A stretch of DNA of 14,300 nucleotides from a virus. Its lineage: Duplodnaviria; Heunggongvirae; Uroviricota; Caudoviricetes. A model generated the notes under the pieces. The model saw nothing but the letters and a program-made list of their open reading frames with translations. It was not told the origin of the DNA and searched no databases. The stretch lies in IMG/VR virus record IMGVR_UViG_2579778919_000011, one strand, 5' to 3'. Both the position numbers and the translations under genes were made by a program. Within the stretch, counting starts at the first letter, position 1. Each line of letters opens with the position of its first letter. Shown here one piece after another: positions 1 to 6,283 of this stretch.

Positions 1-618
1 TTAGTGTCCTTCGTGGCTGTAGTAAAAGACCGGTAATCCCAGCTTAAGGCGTAGCGCCAGTAAGCGGGCAAAAAAGCCGAATACCAGGGTGGAGATAATT
101 ACCACATCATGGTTAGAAACATAGTGTTGCAGCGCGATGTACAGCACGGCGGAGGCAAATGAGACACCGGCATACAACTCTTTCTGGAATACCAGTGGGA
201 TACGTTTACAGAACATATCGCGCAAAACGCCGCCAAACACGCCGGTGGTTACCGCCGCGACAACGGCAATAATTGGGCCGTGCCCCATATCCAGTGCAAC
301 CTGTGCGCCGATGATAGAAAAGACCACCAGTCCAAGCGCATCGAGCACCAGAAACACTTTGCGCAGGTAAGGCATTACAGGAGCAACGATAGTGGTGAGT
401 ACTGCGGCGGTAGCGACGATAATCACATATTCCGGGTGTTTGACCCAGCCGAGCGGATAGTGGCCCAGCAGAATATCGCGCACTGACCCTCCGCCAATTG
501 CGGTGGCGGTGGCAATAATAATTACGCCAAATGTATCCATGCGGCGTCGCCCGGCCGCCAGAGCCCCCGTCATGGCTTCGGCAGTAATGCCAACCAAATA
601 CAAAATGTGTAACAGCAT
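1..618 (-). CDS. yicG: UPF0126-family inner membrane protein YicG (205 aa, stop at 1-3)
   Basis: Reading ORF 1..672 from the ATG at 616-618 gives [18 protein letters not shown]..., a hydrophobic multi-span protein recognised as enterobacterial YicG. The 18 codons upstream in the ORF track are an in-frame extension without an ATG. Confidence 0.88.
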   Translation of the reverse strand: MLLHILYLVGITAEAMTGALAAGRRRMDTFGVIIIATATAIGGGSVRDILLGHYPLGWVKHPEYVIIVATAAVLTTIVAPVMPYLRKVFLVLDALGLVVFSIIGAQVALDMGHGPIIAVVAAVTTGVFGGVLRDMFCKRIPLVFQKELYAGVSFASAVLYIALQHYVSNHDVVIISTLVFGFFARLLALRLKLGLPVFYYSHEGH

Positions 619-909
619 GGTTCTCTCCCTAAAAATCTGTCTGGCAGGGTAGCGATTTGTGCGTATTGTCACGATTGAGATTTTTTAAGGTGAGAGGAAA
701 TTGATAACTTGTAGTTATGTGAAATCGCTATTTTCTGTAGCGTAGATGCATTCTTCTGACTTCTTGTCTGAGAAAATGCATAAGAAAAAATAGGTTAAAA
801 TTGAGGGGTGGAAAAGAAAGGTGCAATGTTTAGCCATTGTGTTCACCGCACCTGGACTTTGGCTTACGCATCGGGTATCTCAATCAACAAAAAGAGTTTT
901 TAGTTTCTG

Positions 910-1734
910 CTATTTCTTCTCTGTAATTTTTACACTGTTTTCCAACTGCTTGATGCTGACCTGCGGGGTCGGCAACTCCTCAGGCATGGTTCCGCCAAGT
1001 TCCTGAATGGTTTGCCTCACCTTGCTACCCACGTCAAAGTGTGTGGTATTAGCTTGCTGTTTTGAATTCACGCCATCCCGCTTGATTTTTTCTTCTGTTT
1101 GGGTAGCTCGAAAGAGATTAGCCGCCAGTTCTGTTGAACCCATATGATCCAGGATCTTCTGACTCTTTTTCAGCCCCTTCAGTTGGTGGATGGCTTTCTG
1201 ATCTAATCCACCATACAGCCCCTGGTAACCATGATTCTGAAATATGGCGAAATCAGTAGCTGTCGCTACCCCAGCTTGCTGTGCTGCCTCAACCAATTGT
1301 TTGTTATGTTCTTTCAACTCATTTCTCAGAAACAGACGCTTTTCGTCTTCACGAAGTTGCTTAAATGCTTCATCGTCAGCAAGCTCCTGCCGTCGGGTCT
1401 GGATAGCAAAATAAGTCTGCCCTGCCGCAATGACCGGTTTCGCAGGGTCGCCGTTTTGTACTACCAGGTAACAGGCATAGCGGGAGAGATGAACATCTTC
1501 AAGTTCTCGTTGAGCCCCTGAACCTAATACAACCATTTTGGTGGTTTCAACGAAATGGTCAGATGCAGCTTGATTGCTGGCTTCGCACGCTTGAGTCGCG
1601 CGGGCCAGTACCTTTTGAAAATTGCGCCAGTCCCGATAATCCAGTAACGGTGCCAATTCTCTAGCTGACCAAAATTCTTGCCCTTCAGTGCCATAATGCC
1701 GTATTTCTTCAAAAGGTTGATGATGTTCGTTCAT
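910..1734 (-). CDS. dinD: DNA-damage-inducible protein D (274 aa)
   Basis: ORF 910..1746; the ATG at 1732-1734 gives MNEHHQPFEEIRHYGTEGQEFWSAREL..., recognised as DinD. A GGAG lies about 9 nt upstream of this ATG. The ATG at 1744-1746 is an alternative start but would place the GGAG inside the coding sequence. Confidence 0.9.
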   Translation of the reverse strand: MNEHHQPFEEIRHYGTEGQEFWSARELAPLLDYRDWRNFQKVLARATQACEASNQAASDHFVETTKMVVLGSGAQRELEDVHLSRYACYLVVQNGDPAKPVIAAGQTYFAIQTRRQELADDEAFKQLREDEKRLFLRNELKEHNKQLVEAAQQAGVATATDFAIFQNHGYQGLYGGLDQKAIHQLKGLKKSQKILDHMGSTELAANLFRATQTEEKIKRDGVNSKQQANTTHFDVGSKVRQTIQELGGTMPEELPTPQVSIKQLENSVKITEKK

Positions 1735-1777
1735 TGCCCACTCCATGTGATATCGATTGCAAAGAAAGTAAATCTGT

Positions 1778-1797
1778 AACTGTATTTATATACAGTT
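1778..1797 (-). promoter_or_regulatory. LexA (SOS) operator of dinD
   Basis: Plus strand reads AACTGTATTTATATACAGTT, containing the CTGT-N8-ACAG LexA consensus with an AT-rich spacer. It sits about 45 bp upstream of the dinD start, and a TATAAA -10-like element lies inside the box on the minus strand. Confidence 0.85.
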
Positions 1798-1889
1798 GTG
1801 AGTATCTCACGTTCTCAGTGTGCGGGGCAAAAAAACATCGCAAAATCTGGAGCAGGCACGCAAAACAGAATTGAAGTTGCGGGGAAGAA

Positions 1890-1920
1890 AAATGCCGCTC
1901 TGTTTGAGTGGGCGGCATTT
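1890..1920 (-). terminator. Inverted repeat AAATGCCGC-N13-GCGGCATTT; possible minus-strand terminator or boundary structure
   Basis: Perfect 9-bp arms at 1890-1898 and 1912-1920. On the minus strand the stem is followed by TTTTTCTT. It lies between the dinD promoter and the island; function unproven. Confidence 0.3.
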
Positions 1921-2190
1921 GTGAAGGCTGAAAAGTAAGAATTGGCGTTACGAGTTATTCAATGTTCTGAATCTGTTTATTGAGTAGGTGACTTAAAGCC
2001 GCGTGGTTGCTGTGTTTTTGATAATGCCTTTTTTCAATGGGTACACCCTTGTGTACACGGCATTTTAGAGTGCTCGCCTTTTGCGGTTACTTTTTGCGCT
2101 ATGCCGTTTAAAGCCGTCAGTTACTTAGTCCATTCCTCACCGCTTCTTATTGTATGATGGCGCTATCCCACAATAAGGAATCAGCCAGCC

Positions 2191-2550
2191 ATGAGAATGA
2201 CCAGCCGCAAAAAAGAGGTACTCAGTTACTTTGAGCCGGATAGCCTCGACTGGGTTACTGGTGAGATTGGTGCGCCGCCGTTCGATGTGTCGGGCGTGGC
2301 CTACCTTCTTCATGGCATGGCGTCGTTCGATAAGCGCCACCAGCTCGAATCAACCCGGCGAACTCTTGAAAGCATGGTTGCCGGGGGGCTACTGGAACGT
2401 GTGACAGTGTATGAATCGCGTCAGGTAAAGCGTGGCGGTGAAACTAACGCAACGGTCGTGCGCTACGGTTTACCCGGTCAATGTGCCGTTGTGCGCGATA
2501 ATGGCGGCGCTGATAACTCGATATCTGGTGAATATGAGCGGGTTGGCTAA
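2191..2550 (+). CDS. Hypothetical protein (119 aa); only plus-strand gene in the island, at its left edge
   Basis: ATG at 2191 with AAGGA about 11 nt upstream; TAA at 2548-2550. Composition resembles neighbouring island genes. No family recognised. It competes with a minus-strand ORF at 2137..2340. Confidence 0.45.
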   Translation: MRMTSRKKEVLSYFEPDSLDWVTGEIGAPPFDVSGVAYLLHGMASFDKRHQLESTRRTLESMVAGGLLERVTVYESRQVKRGGETNATVVRYGLPGQCAVVRDNGGADNSISGEYERVG

Positions 2551-2570
2551 CGCGATGATTCGCAGGGCGG

Positions 2571-2756
2571 CTATCTTCGCGGCGCTGGCTTCTTCCACTG
2601 GTAGGCGGGTGATCTCATCATTTCGCGGAACCTGTCGCGCCGCGCTGTATCGGCCTTAATCATGCGCTCCATCTCCCGAACCTCTACCGGAGTAAGCTGG
2701 TGGCCTTCATGCTCCAGCTTTGCGGCTGTCAGTGCGGCTATCTGCTGCGGTGTCAT
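2571..2756 (-). CDS. Hypothetical small protein (61 aa)
   Basis: ATG at 2754-2756 with a weak AGGG upstream; charged, Arg-rich sequence. It is co-oriented with the upstream island operon. Short ORF, weak support. Confidence 0.35.
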   Translation of the reverse strand: MTPQQIAALTAAKLEHEGHQLTPVEVREMERMIKADTARRDRFREMMRSPAYQWKKPAPRR

Positions 2757-2863
2757 GGTTAGCCCTGTTGCGTGGTTTTGAATGGTTGCTACACTACCGG
2801 GAAACGGAAATGCGCAGGGGTCTTGCTCGTGTTCACAAACGCCCCTTTGCGGGCGTTTTTCTT

Positions 2864-3475
2864 CTACGGAATCAGGCTAATGCCTCTGGCTGCTTTCCCC
2901 GTCTTACGCTCAATCACGCCCGTGATTCTGTCCACTACCGGGCTGAATGCCTGCCAGTAAACACTCTCATAGCGAACCAGCACCCCTACTTTTTTGTTGA
3001 ATGTATCCCAGCGCATTCCCTTCGGCTTCGGGAAGGAACAGGGATTGTTAGCTAAATTACGTGTCTGTTCGGTGTTTCCCCAGACGGCATAACGCTGACG
3101 GCGCATTTTCATTCGCATCCGGCCTAACCTGTCCTCGCTCTGGCTGGTGTAGTGAAGTTTCCAGCACGCCCGGCAGCCAATATCTTTTTTGCCAATATAC
3201 AGCTTTGCAGCCCGTTTCATACAGTGGGGGCAAACGTACCATTCCCGCACGCCATACCCGGCCTGTGTGGTTGTGGTGCGAATCGCCCGCGTCACGCCGT
3301 TGATTGTCATGGCGTAGCTGTCGGCTTGCCGGAAGGTATACAACGTTCCGCTTTCGGTCTGGGTATAAAGCTGCGTACCCGGTTCAGCATCCGCCAGCCT
3401 GCTACGCATGTGCGAAAGGAATGGCAACCCTATGCGGGGCAGGTCGGTGGTATAGCTGCGCGTTCTGTCTCTCAC
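2864..3475 (-). CDS. Hypothetical protein with C4 zinc ribbon (203 aa), GTG start
   Basis: GTG at 3473-3475 is preceded by AGGAGG at 7-nt spacing. The protein contains CPHC-N15-CRAC (CxxC...CxxC). No family confidently recognised. Confidence 0.65.
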   Translation of the reverse strand: MRDRTRSYTTDLPRIGLPFLSHMRSRLADAEPGTQLYTQTESGTLYTFRQADSYAMTINGVTRAIRTTTTQAGYGVREWYVCPHCMKRAAKLYIGKKDIGCRACWKLHYTSQSEDRLGRMRMKMRRQRYAVWGNTEQTRNLANNPCSFPKPKGMRWDTFNKKVGVLVRYESVYWQAFSPVVDRITGVIERKTGKAARGISLIP

Positions 3476-3499
3476 TGGCTGGCCTCCTGCGAATTACTG

Positions 3500-3715
3500 C
3501 GCATTAACTGCGAACGGTGCGCAAATTGAATACGAAATAATATGCGTATTTTACTGTAAATTGCGCACTATTTTGCGCACTGCGAACCAATGGCGCGAGC
3601 CAGAATATTTTGGACTGCCTAAATCGAATATGGCTTCCAGCCCGCTACTGGCGCGGTTCTCTCTTCATATGGGCTTTGAGTCTGTCCAGTACAGTCCAGT
3701 ATTTCAACATCGGTG
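3500..3715. repeat. Intergenic module copy A (diverged direct repeat of 4110-4315)
   Basis: The 3580-3656 core aligns to 4173-4250 at roughly 78 percent identity by hand alignment (about 17 differences over 78 positions). Both copies carry several CTGCG/TGCGCA motifs and a CTGT-N5-ACAG dyad, here at 3682-3694. Confidence 0.6.
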
Positions 3716-3728
3716 ACTATACGGATTG

Positions 3729-4106
3729 CTAACATGCGCCGTTTTTTTTAACCCTTCGCAGATCCCGCCTTGCTTGCATTGAAACGGATCTCGCTAAACT
3801 CAGCTCAAGCCGTGCGATTCTGTCGGCATGTAGCCCCATGAGTCCGTTAATCAATGTCATCTCGCGCCATTCTTCTGTTCCCGGCGTCGGATTAGTCGCC
3901 AGTAATAGCCCGTATCTCTCAGCCATCATGAGGTTTCTTGCACGATTTCGCACCAGCGGAGAAAGCGCATCTTCTCCCTCAAACGGGAAGAATACCCGCC
4001 TACTGCGTTCGCCATGTTTGACGGCATTAGTATTGCCCAACGGTGCGCCTGCGCCTTTCCGCTTGCCACCCCATCCCGATCTTGATTGTTGGCTATTTTT
4101 TTTCAT
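3729..4106 (-). CDS. Terminase small subunit-like protein (125 aa); candidate packaging-redirection factor
   Basis: ATG at 4104-4106. The N-terminus GGKRKGAGAPLGNTNAVKHG matches the G-x-G-A-P-x-G-N-x-N-A-x-K-H-G motif I associate with one class of phage small terminase subunits. The size is typical of TerS. Assignment is by motif only. Confidence 0.55.
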   Translation of the reverse strand: MKKNSQQSRSGWGGKRKGAGAPLGNTNAVKHGERSRRVFFPFEGEDALSPLVRNRARNLMMAERYGLLLATNPTPGTEEWREMTLINGLMGLHADRIARLELSLARSVSMQARRDLRRVKKNGAC

Positions 4107-4109
4107 TTA

Positions 4110-4315
4110 ACGGCTCACTGTGCGCAAAAACCCTAACTGAATGCGCGGTTTTGCTGCGTACCTGACTGCGTACTGCGTACCAGTGGCGCGAACCTGAATA
4201 TTCTGGACGGTCTAAATCACGCTCTGGCTTCCAGCCCTCTGCTGGCGCGGGTTTAGCGCTACGAGGGTTTAAAATCTGTCAAGAACAGTCTAGAATTTTA
4301 GCCTGCGTTCGGTGC
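4110..4315. repeat. Intergenic module copy B (diverged direct repeat of 3500-3715)
   Basis: See copy A. The CTGT-N5-ACAG dyad is at 4276-4288. This copy lies immediately upstream of the TerS-like gene. Confidence 0.6.
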
Positions 4316-4320
4316 GAACC

Positions 4321-4671
4321 TCACGGCACAGACGAGTACCAGTAAAAGCCTGTTAGCCCGGCATCGCAGCGCTCACGATTAAGCACGCGTGGCGGTTGCT
4401 CTCTGGTCATCAACTCCAGCGAAGCATTACCTCCCTGCGTCTCCAGGCGGTATTGCCTGTCGGTAGTGGTGATGGCATCAGGCAATAACTTTATGGCGGC
4501 CTGGCTAAAGTCTCGCGGCGCGCCGTAAAATTGCGCATCAATAATATGAACCACATCGCCGTTAATCGTTGTCCGATAACGATCTGGCTGTATTGTAAAG
4601 CCCCCACAATGGATAGCAGATAGTGCCGGTGCAGAGGAGATCAGGCAGGCTGCCAGAATGTATTGCTTCAT
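4321..4671 (-). CDS. Small exported protein (116 aa) with N-terminal signal peptide
   Basis: ATG at 4669-4671 overlaps the upstream stop (ATGA). The N-terminus MKQYILAACLISSAPALSA is n-region plus hydrophobic core plus AxA-like cleavage site. No family recognised. Confidence 0.6.
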   Translation of the reverse strand: MKQYILAACLISSAPALSAIHCGGFTIQPDRYRTTINGDVVHIIDAQFYGAPRDFSQAAIKLLPDAITTTDRQYRLETQGGNASLELMTREQPPRVLNRERCDAGLTGFYWYSSVP

Positions 4672-5309
4672 TCTTCACCCACCAATTCATCCAGTTCAGC
4701 CAGCGTCAGAGGCTTTGGTACAGGCTTGTCGATATCGCCCATAATGCGCTGGAAGTTTCTGGCGGGCATATGGTTACGGTTCTCCAGTATTTTCGCCAGC
4801 GCGATAACATCCCACCATTTCAGGGTAATCAGCGCCTGAGCGCGGGAAAGGGATATTCGCTGTATATCGGCGTCCTCCCCACCAGCTACCCGGTATACCT
4901 CGGATAAATCACGAACATTTTTCATATCTGCTTTCCCGGACGTTTCCATCAGTGCGTCAATATCATCCTCCGTATAGCGTGATTGCGCGACGATACCAGC
5001 CAGAGAGCTAACCATAGCCCGGCATACTTGGTCTATCAGACGTAATCTGGCGTCATCGTTCGAGAGGGTGTAAGACTTAACCTCAGCCACATTCCGTGGA
5101 TAGTTGGCGTGCCATACCGCGACGGCTCCACACTCATCAACATCGCCGCCAAGGTAGGTTTTTGCCACTCGGTTATTACCCGATAATGCAATTTCTACCC
5201 CCTGTATGCCGAAAAACCATGCGGCTATCGCATGACCTGCTTCGTGTATTGCGAGATGTCTGGGCCAGCGATAGCTGCCTAACTCGATAATGGTGGGTTG
5301 TGTACTCAT
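4668..5309 (-). CDS. HEAGH zinc metallopeptidase-like protein (FtsH/M41-like motif, no AAA+ module)
   Basis: The ATG at 5307-5309 (MSTQPT...) is preceded by AGAGGGAAGA and sits 10 nt after the SSB stop. The ORF-track start at 5366 would overlap SSB by 47 nt. The protein contains LAIHEAGHAIAAW, resembling the FtsH zinc-binding HEAGHA motif. Confidence 0.7.
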   Translation of the reverse strand: MSTQPTIIELGSYRWPRHLAIHEAGHAIAAWFFGIQGVEIALSGNNRVAKTYLGGDVDECGAVAVWHANYPRNVAEVKSYTLSNDDARLRLIDQVCRAMVSSLAGIVAQSRYTEDDIDALMETSGKADMKNVRDLSEVYRVAGGEDADIQRISLSRAQALITLKWWDVIALAKILENRNHMPARNFQRIMGDIDKPVPKPLTLAELDELVGEE

Positions 5310-5319
5310 ATCTTCCCTC

Positions 5320-5781
5320 TCAGAATGGATCTTCATCATCAAACGGCGGGCGCTGGTCAAAATCATCAGGGGTGTTATATAGCTCCCATCCCGGCGCGGG
5401 TTGCGTGGTATGGCCCCTGCTGGCTTCGCTTGCTTTGACTGACTCGGCCCGCTTCCCGCCGGGGCGTACCGTTCTGGCGCTGATCACGCTGTCGGCTACT
5501 ACCTGATACCCCTGCTGTGTACCGCCATCCTTGCCCGTCCACTGATTGACCTGCATCGCTCCGGCAACACTGACTAAATCGCCTTTAACGTGTCCTGCCA
5601 GTGCGTCGGCCTGTTTGCCGAATGCCACCACGCCCAGCCAGAAAGTAACCTCTCCGCCCTCTGCTGCATGGCAGGGCAGTGCCACCGCTAACCGTCCCAT
5701 TGCCATGCTTGTACCGCTTGCTGTGGTGCGGGTCTGGGGATCTGCCACCAGCCGCCCGTATGCTGATATCTGTGCTGTCAT
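5320..5781 (-). CDS. ssb: Single-stranded DNA-binding protein (153 aa)
   Basis: OB-fold-like pattern TFWLGVVAFGKQADALAGHVKGD...W...YQVV, and an acidic C-terminal tail ...PPFDDEDPF resembling the SSB DDDIPF tail. Its start overlaps the upstream stop (TAATG). Confidence 0.85.
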   Translation of the reverse strand: MTAQISAYGRLVADPQTRTTASGTSMAMGRLAVALPCHAAEGGEVTFWLGVVAFGKQADALAGHVKGDLVSVAGAMQVNQWTGKDGGTQQGYQVVADSVISARTVRPGGKRAESVKASEASRGHTTQPAPGWELYNTPDDFDQRPPFDDEDPF

Positions 5782-5966
5782 TAAGCGCCCTCCATTCTTG
5801 ATAACGTGTTGTCAATATTCCCGGCGGCTCGTTTCAGGTAGTCCATGCTGTCATTTAGCCGGGATAATTCGCCAGCCAGTAACAAGGCCGCCGCCTCCTG
5901 CGCGGTGAACCCCTGCGCTTCAATCTCTCTAATAACTTCGATCTGCTTTTTATGATGTTCGTTCAT
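5781..5966 (-). CDS. Hypothetical small protein (61 aa), first gene of the SSB operon
   Basis: The ATG at 5964-5966 (MNEHHKKQIEVIR...) has AAGGG 7 nt upstream. The ORF-track start at 5990 has a G-run directly abutting the ATG, which is poor spacing. Confidence 0.5.
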   Translation of the reverse strand: MNEHHKKQIEVIREIEAQGFTAQEAAALLLAGELSRLNDSMDYLKRAAGNIDNTLSRMEGA

Positions 5967-6019
5967 TTTTTCGCCCTTTAGCTGAATCATACCCCCCCCT
6001 GTAAATCTTTTTTGGGGTG

Positions 6020-6275
6020 TAATATCCCTACCAAACCCTACTAATCGATGAAACCCAGATATGGCGCGGCTTTCAGGCTAGTAGGGAATTGTTTTTCTTA
6101 CCCTACATAACCCTACTTATCCCTACTAAATCACTTCAACGGCATTTTACTGCCTGTTTTATTTGGTAGGGATATGTAGGGATAAGTAGGGATAAGTATA
6201 TATATCCCTACCAGTCTACAAACCCCGTCATTACTGGCCTTAAATGACTTTGTAGGGATAGGTAGGGATAAATCA
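6020..6275. repeat. Iteron array; putative island origin of replication
   Basis: Five direct GTAGGGATA copies at 6166, 6176, 6186, 6252 and 6262, the first three and last two at exact 10-bp spacing. Three inverted TATCCCTAC copies at 6023, 6118 and 6203, plus partial copies (CCCTAC at 6101 and 6111, GTAGGGAA at 6081). An AT-rich GTATATATAT lies at 6196-6205. The array is immediately 3' of the primase-helicase gene. Confidence 0.75.
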
Positions 6276-6283
6276 GGGGTAAA

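Noticed and set aside
1231-1918. Short ORFs overlapping dinD and its promoter (1231..1521 plus, 1524..1712 minus, 1709..1918 minus)
   Set aside because: They overlap the well-supported dinD coding sequence or its LexA-controlled promoter and have no independent support.
2137-2340. 67-aa minus-strand ORF overlapping the 119-aa plus-strand ORF
   Set aside because: It is shorter, highly basic and has no convincing start context. The plus-strand ORF was preferred, but with low confidence.
3682-4288. CTGT-N5-ACAG dyads in both intergenic repeats as possible LexA boxes
   Set aside because: LexA operators have CTGT-N8-ACAG spacing, as in the genuine dinD box at 1778-1797. A 5-bp spacer is incompatible, so these are probably sites for a different factor or coincidental.
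5310-5366. N-terminal extension of the metallopeptidase ORF (ORF-track start at 5366)
   Set aside because: It would overlap the SSB gene by 47 nt. The ATG at 5309 has a good ribosome-binding site and lies 10 nt after the SSB stop.
5967-5990. N-terminal extension of the 61-aa ORF (ORF-track start at 5990)
   Set aside because: The upstream ATG is directly abutted by a G-run with no spacing, whereas the ATG at 5966 has AAGGG 7 nt upstream.
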